57,075 bases of DNA from Trichomonas gallinae (GCA_008369845.1 MRSU01005831.1:1-57075), one strand, 5' to 3'; shown: positions 22,016 through 37,200, counted from the stretch's first letter. Program-made: numbers and translations. The notes: generated by a model from the sequence alone, not told the origin.

Positions 22016-22888
22016 TTACAATTCACAATTTACGAAAATCTGGGTGATGAAATCAAATTTTTGAGCTAGAAATGAACATTCACTAGCTAATATAGATTGA
22101 ATAGAATTAAAACAATCTCTAAAGCATTGAATATTTGAAATATTATGTGGAATGTCCGAGATCGTTTGGACAATCTCGATGATCGCACTGGCTATGTTCT
22201 CACTACTAAACTTGGTCCAGCATTCTGTCGTCATTAAACAATATATCATAGGAACTATAATTTTTTCATAAATAAAGGGACTAGCTTGAATATCTATCAT
22301 GTGCTCTATATACATCTGTGGGGTTATCACTCTAGTGTTAAACTTAAGCAATTTAAGAATCTGAAGTTCTGCTTGAACTATGTCATCAACTGTTATATTA
22401 TCTAATTCTGTAATCAAATACTGGCAGAATGAGTCATACTCATCGCCTTCTAACTTGTTTGCTATGAATAAACATGTGCCTGCTAATAATTTTGCTTTTT
22501 CATTCGATATTGATGTCAATGATGAAATAAGGTCATATAGCTTTACTGCCATGGAAGTCACGTTATGATTGAGATTTGTATTTAGGCTAAAGTGTATCAT
22601 CCATTCAATGATTAAATAACGGGATGACACGAATTGATTCGAAAATTCTGTGTTGTTCTTCAATTGATTGCAAATTTTATGGCTTTCATTACATCTGTAT
22701 ACTTTAAAGAGGTTTTTAGCGGATGGTGAGGGCTGTTTGAATTCTATTGCAGGAATTTGTTTTGATTCTATTAAAGGATTCCTTTCTGTCATTGATTTTT
22801 GGTAACGCAAGGTCGTTAGTGTCGGTATAATATCAGAAAACCATGGGTTGCGCAAAGTTAAAGAAGATTGTGGTATCATCTGTAGCAT
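22016..22888 (-). CDS. Cyclin (cyclin N-terminal box) family protein
   Basis: 'RYLIIEWMIHFS...SMAVKLYD...KLLAGTCLFIANKLEG...IVQAELQILKLLKF...TP' matches the cyclin box. The first ATG is at 22888; the ORF-track start at 22972 is a TTG. Confidence 0.9.
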   Translation of the reverse strand: MLQMIPQSSLTLRNPWFSDIIPTLTTLRYQKSMTERNPLIESKQIPAIEFKQPSPSAKNLFKVYRCNESHKICNQLKNNTEFSNQFVSSRYLIIEWMIHFSLNTNLNHNVTSMAVKLYDLISSLTSISNEKAKLLAGTCLFIANKLEGDEYDSFCQYLITELDNITVDDIVQAELQILKLLKFNTRVITPQMYIEHMIDIQASPFIYEKIIVPMIYCLMTTECWTKFSSENIASAIIEIVQTISDIPHNISNIQCFRDCFNSIQSILASECSFLAQKFDFITQIFVNCEL

Positions 22889-25079
22889 AAATTTGGCGGG
22901 GAAAAATTTAAATCTAAAAAAAATTGTGTATGAAATCTTATTGAAATTTTTGAAAAATCCGAAAATTTTCAATTCACATCGTCAGCTGATTTAAATCGCG
23001 AATCTTCATATACGAACGGATCCCTTCTCCGAGTGTTCGTACATTTAATATGCTTTTTGAGAGCAAATTCCAAATAATAAACGTCTTTATAATTTTCTAT
23101 TTGAGGTTTTTGTGTGAACATTATATATATTTCAGATATAGTATTTATCTTCTAATTTTAAACGATCTATGATTGCAAAAGTGCCCAAACCAAGCGACTT
23201 TTTAAAATCATGCTCTAGAAGCAATAATGGATGAGTACCATCGATTTTTTTTAAAAGTTATCAAAAGTTTCTCCTTTAGCATATTGATATCAGCGTCCGA
23301 AATCATATATATTAAAACAAATTTGGTGAGATACAGTAACTTTTATGAAAAGTCATCCCAAACGTTAAAAATATACATGGGAGGATACATACATGCTATG
23401 TTGAAAGTTTAAAAGCTTCCAATTTTTCCTTCATCATTGAATAATTTGTGTTCGATTTTTTTCAAAAGTGTGGAAATATAACCTTTCAAAATTATGCAAC
23501 TACTTATAACCATACAACCTTTGCCACGTCTCCCATTTCCCGGTATGACACCCAGTGGCAGTATTTCTAATGAGAATAAAAATTTTGAAATGAATAATTT
23601 TGTATAAATAATCAATTTGAGAAGAATACTATATGAAGCATATTTCACCACTGGTAAAAGTACCATATTTTATCTCCGATTGCTGAAAATACAGCTTTAG
23701 AGAAAACGCAAACAATCGGATTCTGTTTATGAGTAGATTAAACCTTGTGTGTATATAAATCATTCATATTATAGTTTTCTCAATTTGTTTTTCTTATCCA
23801 AATTATGAAATAGTGTTTTCTTTAGCCAATCAAATTTAAAATCATGACTAATATTGGTGTTTTTCATAATTTATACATATAAAATTATATTGTAGATATA
23901 TAGAATTTATTTCACATGTGTTAGATGACACAACTATTAGTTTTTAACATCCCAGCAAAAATAATATCAAACGAATAAACATTAAAAGCTTCTATTAACT
24001 TTCAGGAAAGATAATAAGTACTATATCGCTTATTGCACAATAGCAACTTGTTCACAAACATCTTCTTTATATATCGTATCATATAAATCGATGTGTCATA
24101 ATAAAGGAAATATTATTCTTGTTTTAGGGAAAACAAATAATATAATTTCTTGCATATATGCCCTGCGAATTAAATATAATTTGACTGAAAAAATTGATAT
24201 TTTCAAATCTATGTGAATATATTAAGGAGATGTTGATCGTTATTAAACGGAATCTATCACATTTGTTAAGCGCCAAAATGTGGAATTAGCAATTTTAATA
24301 ATAATGCAATATTGACTCAGAATTCCTCTCATATTACCAGAAAGAATATGTCATATACATCAAACTCAAAATGAAAGCCAAAAAGAAAGAGTATATACTC
24401 AATGAATCTTTATCAACCTCACCTAAGCACAACCATAATCAAAGATTTGTAAATATTGATACCAAGCCAAATATATTTATCATGACATGATCGTTCATCT
24501 AAAGAAGCAAATTTTAGATATCAAATTATATAAATCGAAAAAAAAGGTTTTACAATATCGAGTCACTTCATTGAATCTAAGTAGTAATAATGAAAGTACA
24601 CCAATAATTACGAAAGAATAATTTAAATTTGTAATTTCGAAAGTTGCGTTTGGAAGCAGCAGAATGATAAGTAAGCATCTATGTTAGGTGCATATATTGC
24701 GTTCTGAATGAGATTAAATGCAAATCTCTGACTAACGTATGAAAGTTTTGGAAATAATTGGTTGATTACGTGATAATTGATCGTAACGCACTAATAAGAC
24801 ATGGTATAAAGGTTTGAATATATGCGGTTGAGTCTTATAACTGAAACAAGAAGCAAGAATTGATTTTAATCTTCGAAAATAATTTTTACAGATTTATTTT
24901 AAACATTCGAGGTCAATGACAGTCTATTTAATATAAACATCAACAAGTCTATCAAACCAAATGACTTTGTCCCTTTTCAATATTTTCTCCGATTATTACA
25001 TGAAATATAGGAATCTTTGATGCTTTTCAATCTAAATTTCGCAAAATATTCGTACGATTTATTTTTGATGTTTCAGCCA

Positions 25080-25093
25080 CGTAAAAGTGACAC
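25080..25093 (+). promoter_or_regulatory. CGTAAAAGTGACAC motif followed by TCATTT Inr-like elements (25101, 25111) upstream of the talin-like gene
   Basis: Exact 14-mer match to the motif upstream of RAD50; lies ~130 nt before the ATG. Confidence 0.5.
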
Positions 25094-25224
25094 TATTTAT
25101 TCATTTCACCTCATTTCTGAATTACCTTAATTTTCTAATTATCATGATAGATTTGATGATGAGGAATCCAAATATCAAATAATTATTTTTTTGAAATATT
25201 TACATTTTATTTAAATTTTTTAAT

Positions 25225-28200
25225 ATGTCAGTGATTCGCTTATATACGAGTGCTGGCTTAGATGATCCTAATCCAAGAATGAACCAATACGGTGCTCAGT
25301 ACACAGGTGAGCAGTTCTTACAGTTAGCCTGCTACACACACGGTATTGAGTACAACAATACATATGTGGTTAGGTACATCTCTCGCTACGGTTATGAAGC
25401 TGTTTTGAATTATCAAGATACATTGGAGCAACAGGGGCTCGTTGACGATATGCATCTTTTTATTGCTTGGGCTTCAGATACCCGTCCACTTCCATATCCG
25501 CAATACAATTCTCAGCAACAGGTTGGATACCAATCCCAGCCACAAGTCAATTTACCGCAACTTGAACTTCCGAATTTGCAATCTCAATCTTTCCAAACAC
25601 AACAACAACAAGCATCTTACTTTAACTTTGATATTCCTCAGTTCGAATCCGGAATCATGCCACAGGAAATCCAACAATACGATTCTGTTTCTCAGTTTGA
25701 TCCTAACGCTCAAGAACAATCGGCGGATGATCTTGATGTTAGAATTAAGACTGTTGATAGCTTCGATACATCAGTTTTCGATACACAAACACAACTTGGT
25801 TTCCACGATCAGGATTCAGAAACCATCCAGGCTTACACACTGAATGGATTCCAGACAAACACATTGATGCCTGTTACATACGGTAAATCGTATTCATTCT
25901 CACAAGTTATTTCCGCAGCTACAGAATCTCTCGGACTTAGATATGAAGATTACTCAATCTTGCTTGTCTTCTCCGACGATGATATGCGCTGGTTCGATCA
26001 CAGCAAGTACCTTGAAGACTACTCCGTCTTCAACGGCATGAAATTCTGCATCTTCCCAACAGAATACCAGATCAAGGTCGAATCAACAGTTTTCAACAAC
26101 ACAAACCAATACATCATCGGTATCACAGATACAGTCGAGACAATCGTCAAGAAGATCGCTCAGGTCGAAAACATCGAAAATCCTTCCGACTTCACATTAT
26201 TCAGAGAAGAGGAAAAGGATAAGGATGGAAAGAAGAAGAAGACTTTACGTCCACTTTCCTTATTCCAGGATCTTCCACATCAGTGCGATGATTTCAAGTC
26301 TCTTGTCTTAAAGCGTCGCTTCTTCATTTTCTCTGCTGCTGATTTGGTTTCACCAGCATCTATCTTAATGGCTTTCGATGATGCCTTCGACGAAATCAGA
26401 ACAAACAAGAAGATCTACATGAGCGAAGACACAGCTGTCGAATTAACAGCTTACGCTTATGTTGTCGATCACCCAGAATTGAGGCTCGACAGCGACAATC
26501 CACCAGAAACAAAGAAGCACAGACCATATCAATACAAGAATGGAAAGAACTTCAACAAGCAGGTTTACGACTTCCTCTCCTCAAGAGGTCTTCCTGACAC
26601 AAACAACGCTGCTCGTCTTTTCATCCGTATCGCACGTACACTTCCAGGCTTCGGCATGATCCGCTTCAAGTGTTTCATCGAAGTCGACAAGGTCGAAACA
26701 AGATGCGAATGCCTTTGCACACCACACGACTTCCTTATCTACAACGAGGAAGCCAGGAAGACATACTACCGCATTCCATACCACTCCATCGTTAACCTCA
26801 CAAACGAAGAAGATGTCGTCACAGTCAACTACTCACTCCAGAGGAACGTCGGCTCAGTCAACATTCGTGCCGGCCACTCCGAAGAGATCTACGACGTCAT
26901 CCAGTCATTCCACACAATCCAGCGCAACCTCCTTCTCGAGCGTGCTCGTCTTCGTCTCGAAGGCAAGTGGCGTGGCCCAGTTTCTGAGATGGATCGTCTC
27001 AAGCTCGATACATACAACAGCATCTCAGATAAGGAGCCAAAGCAGATCGAATACGATAAGTCCTTCACAGGTAAGATGGTTCTCCAGCTCGCCATGAAGG
27101 AGCTCCGCCTTCCAGTCGAGAAGATCGACGACTACGCAGTTCTTTGCCAGATCCACACAAACAGAAAGTGGCTCAACAACGACGTCACAGTCGGTCAGCT
27201 TGGTGTCTTCGAAGGTTCCAAGCTCTACATCCTCACAAAGAAGGTAAAGATCAACGTCAAGTTCGGTGAACAGGATGAGAAGCTCTTCCTCGATCTCACA
27301 GAGCCGTGCCAGTCTGTCGTTACAGACATCTTCAAGCAGGTCAACCAGCCATATGTCCACGGTTACGCTCTCTTCCACCACAAGAACAACGAAATGGAGC
27401 CACTCGATTACAAGTACTCCATCCCAGAGCAGACATTGCACTTCCAGACACTTTACCTCAAGCGTCGTTTCTTCATGCTTTCCAAGGATGACTTTGCTTC
27501 CGTCCAGCTTTCTAAGATCGGTTACGCAGACTCTCACGACTACTTCCTCAACGCTCAGTGCCAGGCAACAGACTCCGTCCTCCAGGAACTCACAACACTT
27601 TCCCTTTTGATTGATGGAAAGGATGATGCCTACGTCCAGTCCAAGGACTTCCAGCTCGAAAAGTGGGTCCCAGCAAGCTACAAGATGAACAAGGCCTTCA
27701 AGCAGAAGTTCATCAAGGAGTTCCCATCATACCCACGCCAGGAGAAGGAAATCAACTACATCAGAAAGTACATGAAGATTGTCAGAGATGTTCCATACTT
27801 CGGTGCTGAAATGCAGAACGTTAAGTATCGTGTCATCGATCTCAAGAACAAGAAGAAAGGAAAGGATCTTAACGGTGAATTCCGTTACTGCCCACTTCTC
27901 GTTTATCTCATGGATGATAACGGCAAGCAGGTTTACAAGATCCCATGGACACTCGTTATTCGTACAAAGATCATGAAGGATTCTATCCACTTCACATTCT
28001 GCGACTCCACACACCACACATCCAAAGAAAACGTCGTCACACTCGAAATCAGAACAAAGGATATGCAGAGATTCCAGACAATGGTCGATGGCTCCCTCAA
28101 CATTTACCAGCAGATGCTTAAGGAGCGTCAGCGCGAACTCCAGAGACAGCGTGCCGAAACAGCGCAGAAGCTTGCCGGTGGCTGGCAGGATCAGTATGGT

Positions 28201-31200
28201 GTCATCCACGGTCCTATGATCGATCTCATGATCTCACCAGATCTCGGCGGCTACAAGAAGAGCAAGCTCACATTCTGGATCGATCTCGCCGCAACAGGTG
28301 ACGAACTTGTAGACCAGATGTCCAGATACTTCAAGATCGATCAGAAGCCGAACCAAGTCTACAGCGTCGTTATCATTTCTCCAGATGGTAACTTCTCATG
28401 GGTTGGTCCTAAGGAGTCTCTCCTCGACATCAGCCCAACACGTAAGTCACACCTTGTCATCTTGAACACAACACCACTCATGAAGATCACATCCGCTTCC
28501 AACATCTCCAAGACAATCAAGCTCGATATCACACAGCCACTTAAGGATCTCCTTAAGAACATCGCAGGTAAGTACGGTATCTCCAACTTCCTTGGTTACA
28601 CACTCTTCACACCAAACTCCCAGAACAACGGCGAACTCGTTCCACTCGAACTCGTCAAGTCCATCCCAGAACAGACTTACAACTTCGATGATATCGTCTT
28701 CCGCCGTCGTTTCTACATGATTTCTCGTGCCGACTTCCTCGATAACCGTGCTCTCTGGCAGACATACTCCGATATCGTCGAGCTCGTTCTCAGCGGTTCC
28801 ATGGATCTCACAAACGAACAGGTCGCTGAACTCGCATACTACCAGCTCATCGCTGAAAAGAACGAGAAGCTCGAGGCCAAGAACATCCCAGACGATCTCA
28901 ACAAGTACGTTCCAAAGAACATGAAGCTCGCAAGGACAATGGCTAAGGACCTCAAGAACTATTGCAAAGTCATGCCAATCGAAGATCCAAACGATGCTCG
29001 TAGAAAGTACATCGCTCTCGCTCGTTCAATCGAAACATTCGGCTCTGAAATCTATCAGGTCCAGTACTTCGATAACGTCAAGGGCAAGGTTGTCGCCAAG
29101 GACTGCCTCCTTTACGTCACACCATACAAGATCTACACAGTTGATCTCCAGACAAAGAAGAAGTTAATGTGCTTCGAGTACTGCAACCTCCTCGATGTCA
29201 ACCAGGTCGACGACATGCTCTCACTCACACACTGCACAAACAACGGCCACAGACTCTTCGATCTCTTCAAGAGCCCACAGGCCGCCCTCATCAAGCAGAT
29301 CATCACATCATACATCCACATTGGTATCGAAATTCTCAACAACGCTATCGCAGAAGGTCTCGATGTTGAAGAAGTCGCTACATGCTACAGAATCACCGTT
29401 AACGCATCTTATGTTCTTGCAGAAAAGAACATCAGCCAGTCTATCGCCCTCGATAGCCGCCTTAACGGCAAGCAGGTATCTGCCAGAGTCAGCAAGCTCA
29501 TGGGTCTCCACCCAAGAGGCGAGTACGCATGCATGCTCAACTTCACACCACAGGATCACAAATGGTGCTTGGACAACGAGCTCATTGGTAACCTTCGCCC
29601 ATACGAGAACATCTCAATGTCCGTCTTCAACCGCTACATGAAGATCAAGATCTCTCTCGATGGTGTCACCTACACATACCCAGCTGTTGATGTCACAAAG
29701 ACAATCAGAGAGCTCATCCCACGTCTCGCTGCTCACTTCGATATCGAGATGCCAGTTGGCTACTCAATCATCAGAGCTGACAACAATGAGCCACTCGACC
29801 TCAGATACACAATCCCAGAGCAGGCACCAATCTTCGACGCCTTCATCTTCAGACGTATCTACTTCATCACATCCAAGTACGATATGCAGAACGACTTCAT
29901 CGTCACAAAGCTTGCCGAAGACTTCAAGATGTCCGCACTCAACGGTGGTGCTATCATTTCCGAGACAGAAATGCTCGAACTCGCTGTTTACGATGTCTTC
30001 ATGCACTCCGACAACCCAGAATCTGTCAAGAAGATGGTCTTCAACTCTCTCGACGGATTCCTTCCAGCTGGTATGGCAAGCAAGCCACAATACATCACAA
30101 AGCTCAACAACATTCTCGCAACAACACCAGCTATGTCTTCTGGCAACGCTGCTCGTCAGTACATTCTCCAGGTCTCCAAGCTCAACGGCTTCGATAGACA
30201 AGTCTTCAACGCTAAGGTCATCGATGATGAGAAGAAGGAAGAACTTCCAGTCCACCTTACAGTTTCATCCACACAGCTCAAGGTTACATACGACACAACA
30301 TCCCGCGAGACAATCTCCGTCTCTATGAAGCACGTTCTCAACTGCCAGTCCATCCAGGACGATCTTCGTATCAGAATCGAATCCGACGAAGGTGATTCTA
30401 CAGTTATGAAGATCCGCACACAGGAGGCTGAGCAGATCGAGAAGAAGATCACACAGATCATCAAGTGCGTCGTCCCAGACTTGAAGACGCGCGAACAGGT
30501 CATGAAGACATGCTTCTACAACACCAACAACATCCCACACGAAGCTGGCGAAGTCCCAATTATTTTCGCTTCCAGATTCAACGAGAGAAGACCACGTGTC
30601 ATCATGATCAACCCGAACAAGACAGCAGCTCAGGCAGTCGAACTCCTTCAGCAGCACTTCTTCATCAAGGATCCATCCTACAGGATCGGCTTCTTCGCAT
30701 CCGATTACTCCTTCGGATTCCTTGGCGATGCAATGCCGCTCAAGAACATCTACACTCGCCCAGATATCGTTCTCTACTTCATGAAGCCATCAACAGAGTC
30801 ATACATCGAGTCTGCTCTCAACTTCATTACCAAGCATAAGATCCAGATTGATGATCCAATCAACACAATCTGCCAGACAATCCTTGGCCAGCTCGGCATG
30901 GGTGTTGAAGATGGCTACACACTTTACACACCAGACTTCACACCACTCGATATCGCTCTCTCACTTCCATACCAGACAGACATGATCTGGGATCTCTACC
31001 TCAGACGCCGCTTCTACGTCTTCACATACCAGTTCTTCGACAAGCCAGAGAACATCAGCTCACTCTACGACGATTGCAAGCTCGCTGTCACAAGCGGCTC
31101 AATCCCAACAACAGAGGATCTTGCAGCATATCTCGGTATCTACTCCGTTTATGCTCAGATTGCTTCTGTCTCTGACTTCAACGCTCACCTCGAGAAGTTC

Positions 31201-34200
31201 GGCACAGCCAGCGTTCTCCCAATTGCATTCCAGAACTCTGAGAATGCTATCAAGAAGGTCGACACAATCAGCCGCTCCATCATCCCGATCAGCGCTCCAG
31301 ATGCTCAGGCAAAGTACATCGCTGAAGTGTGCCAGCTTCGCGGCTTCGGTGCTGAATACCACGATGTCGAGTTCAAGACAGCCTTCAAGGACTGGCGCCC
31401 AGGTGTTCTTTCACTTTCTCCATTCTTCATCCAGGTTGAGACAGGTGGTAAGATTGTTGATACAATCGATTACACAAAGATCATCCACTACTACCCAGAC
31501 GAGACTGGATGCATCATCCTTCGTTACTACAATGATAACAACTTCATCAACTTCATCCAGATCAGATCTCCACACACAAACCAGATCTTCACATACATCA
31601 ACACACTCGCCCACTTCATGAACCAGTACGGCCACTTGCTCTCCATCGATGAAATCCGTGCCATCCTTCTCAAGCTCAAGAACAACCCGAACGGCGGAGA
31701 ACTCGGTTATGGCCAGGATTACGATCCTGGACTCTTCCAGTTCGACAACATGGACTTGACATCATTCGATACTGATAACCTCAAGATCGAAGATATCAAC
31801 CTCGACTACCTCGAAAAGAACAGAGACTACGACGACTACACATTTGGAGGCAATGATGTTCAGGTCCAGTTCGACCTCCATGACGCTCCAGATGCTGTCA
31901 TGGCTGCTTACAACGATCCAAGCAACTGGTGGAAGGCCAACCAGCTCGGCCACAGCATCAACAAGTCTAAGAACGCTATGGAGAACATCGAGAGATGCCT
32001 CCGCCAGATCATGGACGACTTCAACAAGATGACACCAGAGCAGTTCAACGCTCGTCTCAACGCTATCGACGATATGATGGCCCTTATCAACCCAGACGAT
32101 CTCGGCGATGACTTCAAGGCTGAGTATGCTAAGCTCAAGGATCTCATCAAGGGTCTCAGAGACTTAGGCAGAATGATCGAACAGTCCGATCAGGAACTCT
32201 ACAGATACCAGGGCCAGATCGAGGATATGATCAAGGATGCCCTCGGTCACTGCCCGAACCTCAAGAAGCTCATCGAACTCCGCGCACAGCAGGTTGCCAA
32301 GGATAACCAGACACCACTCACACCAGTCTCAAGATCCCTCATCGCTCTCACAGATCTCCAGGACAAGCTTACATGCGATCTTCTTAGGAACCTCGACAAG
32401 CTTAAGGGACTTGGATTCGATACACGTGCTCTTATCCGCAACTTGCAGAACTCTGCTGATACATTGACACGTCTTGCTGCTAACTTCACAGATGCTACAG
32501 ATCCAAAGGTTCTCGATCAGCACATCATTCCACAGCTTGAGCAGCTCGGCAACCTTATGACACTCCTTCAGCAGCTCATCGAGAAGGCCAACGTTGATGA
32601 TCCACAGCTCCGTGAGCTTCTTGCTACACTCGCAGGTGGCAGAGAAGCTGTCGAAGCATCTTTGGTTGACTTCTCCAACAGATCTAAGCTCGCTGCTGGT
32701 GATCAGAACGCTACACTCCTCAACAACAGGAAGGCCGTCAATGCTACACTTCTTAACCTTATCAAGGCCAAGAAGTACATCGACGAGAACCTTGGCAAGA
32801 TGCCAGCTGATCTCAAGAAGGAGGCTCAGGACCTTTCTCAGATCCTCACAAACGCCGCCCTCGCTCTTGCTGTCGATCCAAACAACACACTTCCATCCCA
32901 CCAGGCTATGGATGCACTCAGACTCCTTCTCGGCAAGCTGAACGGCAAGAAGAGCCCAGCTTTGAAGGGCACAATCTCTGACCTCGGCATGTTCCTCGAC
33001 GAGCTCGAAGCTGCCCTCCGCGCCACATCATTCATCAACATCATCCCAGCTAACGTCGATAAAGTTGTCGATGATGCTATGATCATGATCAGACGCTTCT
33101 CTGCTCTCAACACAGAAGAGTGGGCATCTCGTGACAAACCAGGCCTTGCCTCAACAGAGAAGGCCGTCACAGATCTCAAGACAAACGTTGATCTCATCGA
33201 GAACCACATCAAGGAGCTCCGCAAGAACATGGTCAACGGTGCAGCTCAGAGACAGATGCAGGTCGACCTCCTCAGACTCGCAAACGAGCTTCCAAACATG
33301 CAGCAAGCTGTCGAGCTCATCTTCAAGAACACAAACGATAACTCATTCCAGGTTATCCTTGAGCGTCTCATCACAGATCTTGACGCCGCCCTCTACGATA
33401 TGCCACCGAACGAGGACATTGGCCGCTGCGCACACATCGAGAAGTACCACAAGGCTATGACTGCTGTTGCTAACATCATGAACACATCCCACAGGACAAT
33501 GCAGCTCGAGGCCATGAAGAAGCACCCAGCAACAATCGCCAAGCTTGACACAATCCTTGACAAGGTTGCTGACTTCTACACAAACCTTGTCCGCGATCGC
33601 GCTGAACTCCACGAGCATCCATTCGCTAAGGAGACAATCAATGAGGCTATCCAGGATCTCGAGAAAGTCTCCAAGGTTATGAACCTTCTCAGACTTCCAG
33701 CCACAGAAGTCTCTGAGATCACACACAACAACGAACTTGACAACGGCATCACAGATGCTATCAAGGCCATCAACATTGCTGTCGCTGCTCTCAATGATGC
33801 TCCACTTACAGTTTACCGCCTTCCACCAACAGCCGAGGCAATCAAGAACGTCAAGGATCAGACGAACCAGTACATCAAGCAGCTCGAGGCACTTGCTAAG
33901 CAGGATGCCATCGCTAACAACAAGTCTCATGCTGACAAGGTCAACAAGGAGCTTGAATACATGAAGAAGAAACTCGCTCAGATGAACCAGCTCAAGCCAT
34001 ACGATATCCAGCAGCTCTACAACATCCTCGAGAAGATGCTCCAGCATGCCGAGAGACTTCCATCCAAGCTTTCCAACCTTCCATCCACACCAGGCCCATC
34101 ACCAGAGGCAATCGCCAAGCCAGAAGTTGCTGCTCTTCGTAACGTCCTCAAGGTTACAATCCCAACACCAGAACACGCCACAAGAGAAATCCTTGAGTGC

Positions 34201-37200
34201 ATCGACCCAACCGACAATCTCATCAAGGCACTCGAGAACCTCAAGAAGGACAAGGATGTCGCCAAGAACAAGGAGATGATGGCTGCTCTCGATGCTTGGA
34301 TCAAGGCCCTCAAGGCTGGAGAGAACATGCTCCGCTCTGTTCCAAAGTCTGGCAACACAGTCCAGAGCCTCAAGGCACTTCTTCCACAGCTCGTTGGCCT
34401 CAACAACGACGTCCAGAATGTTCCAAGCGTCATCAGGAAGGAACTGGATCAGAAGCTCATGGACAAGCTTCTCGATACACTCGGCCTTGCTAACGCTAAG
34501 TTGTCACAGGCTGTCACATGCGTCCGCAACCTTCCAACTAAGGGCACAGTCAACGCCGACATCAACTTGTTCCGCCGCTTCGATAACGACAACGAACTCG
34601 ATGAAGCTATCCCAGAGATGGCCCAGCAGTTCAGCGACATTTCTCAGCTCATCAAGTCCATTGCCGAAATTCCACAGCTCGGCAACCGCCCGAACACAAA
34701 GATGCTCATCGACGAAATGGCCGCCCTCCTCAACCAGCTCTCTATCGATGTCAACTCAGCCAAGGCTGATGAGAAGAAGCTCCTTCCAGTTCTCAACAAC
34801 TCCAGAGACCGCCTTGCCCAGGTTGCTGCCAACTCCGAGCTTGTTTCTCCAATCGTTGGTGTTCCAAAACTTCCAGAAATCGCTAAGAATGTCTCTACAA
34901 ACTCCCAGACAATCAGCCGCCTTCTCGAGAAGCCACACTTCAACGCCCAGAAGACAAAGGAGTTCACAGCTCTCATCGAGCCACTCCTCAAGAAGCTCGC
35001 CGAGGCCCTCAACAACCAGTGGTACCTCCAGAACGCTAACACACCAGCGTTAGCTCCAATGAAGGAGCTCCCATCCAACACACAGGGCTGGCTCAACAAC
35101 ATCAAGGGTGCCAAGCCAGGTGCTGCCCAGCGTATCTGCGACGATATCCACACAACACTCTCCAACCTTATCGGCCTCATCATGGAGTACCCAGAGCTCA
35201 ACAACATCGCCAACGCCATCTTCAACATCCTCGATGCAACAGGCAAGTACACATCCACATCCAAGGGATCTGGCTTCTCTACACAGCTCTATCCAAAGAC
35301 AAGAGTTGTTCCACCAGAGATCCTCTCACAGGCACTTGGATTGCTTTCCGAGTTCCTTGCCGGCAACACATCCAACCTTCCACCAAACGTTCTTGCTGCC
35401 CTCGAAGATGTTCTCATGTCCATCGCTGATAAGGCAGAAATGCTTCAACCATTCGTCAAGTACGCAGCTCAGCTCCTCGCTCCACAAGTGGCAAGTGGCG
35501 ACCCAGTCACAGCTGCTCGTGCTGCCCTCATCGCTGCTCTCACATCCGACAATCCAGAAGCTAGAGCTGCCCTCATCGAGGACCTCGCTGTTCGCAATTA
35601 CGTCCGTACAGCCAACGCTCTCAACAACCTTGCCACAGAAGTTGAATCCCTCAACGGCAACTACCCAGAGGAAGTCGACTACAGACTCAGCGCCCTCAAG
35701 CACGCCATCGCTGTTGCCGATACTAAGCTTCTTGTCAAGTGCGGCTCCATCTCTGCTGCTATCATCCTTCTCGACCCACTCCACAACGTCCAGCAAGCTG
35801 CCAGACTTCTCATCCAGTCAGCCGGCCGCGCCAAGCTCGACAACGAGTTCTCCAACCTTCCAGCAGCCCTCAACGACTACGAGACATGGCTCTACGAGTC
35901 TGACATGGCCCTTACAAACTTGTTCAACGGTCAGGTCGACTCACTCCTCGTCAACCTCGAGCAGGCAATGTCCGACGACACAGCTCACGCACTTCCAAAG
36001 ACTGCTCAGAAGTTCGTCCGCGACATGGTTGTCCCACTCAAGCGCAAGGAGCGTTTGATGACAATCAAGTGGGAGGATATGGCCAACGAAGCCAAGACAT
36101 ATCTCCAGTTCACAACAGATACACTTCCAGCTATCAAGTCCTCCTCCGTTGTCTCTAACGGCCGTGAGAACGTCATAGCAATCGCTGATGCCATCAACAA
36201 GATCAACCCAGCCATCCGTATGTGGTCCGCAATGGCTAACAAGATCGATGAGCCGAAGTTCCGTTGCCAGACAGAAGCCGATCTTGGCAACTACGTCGCC
36301 AATGGAAACAGACTCAACAATCTTGCCACAAATCCAGGCGTCTTCGCTACAGAGGAAGGCCGCCTCGAGACATGCATCCACGACGCAATGTGGGCTCACT
36401 CACTCGCCAAGTTCGAGCCAAAGACAAAGGATAAGGTTGACAACATCAACCGCCTTGTCAACTCCCTCAACAAGTCAATGGCAAGCAGCCCACTTGTTAC
36501 AAAGCAGATGCTCGGCATGCTCTTAGACAAGCTCGGTGAGATGCTCAACGAGATTGTCAAGACATACCCAATCGACTTCTCCAAGCAGTTCATGGACGAC
36601 ACAGCCAAGGAGTTCGATATGGATCTCATCACTGACAAGGAATGCCTTGCTGCTGCCAAGGTCATCAAGGCAGAGCTCGAGCGCTCCAAGAAGCACGTCG
36701 ATGCTACAAAGAACGAGAAGCAGGTCAAGAAGCAGGACGGCACAAATGTAATCCCAAGATCCGTCCTCAACGTCAATACAGCCAACGAAGAGAAGCCATC
36801 TGGCCGCGCTGCACTCGAGAACCTCGCCGCTGAAACATTCTACCAGTTCGAGCTTCAGACACGTCTCGCCGAACTTCAGCAGCTCCTTCTCCAGCTCTAC
36901 CCAGATCTCATCAAGTTCCTTGAGAACCCACAACAGGTCCAGGCCGCCCTCTCGCAGCTCGATGCTGGTGATCTTGAGAGAACAGCCAACGAAATCAACA
37001 ACATGCTTGGCTTACTCAACGATCCACAGAAGTTCGACAAGTATGCTAAGGGACTTTCTCAGGAGCAGGTCTTCAACGAGCTTCTCCTCCTTAGACACTA
37101 CTCAGATGCTCTCCAGAAGCAGCCAGTTAGAAATGCTTACAACACAGCAGAGATCATGAAGTGGGTCCAGGAGAACCCAGCTTCTGAAGCAGACCCAGCT

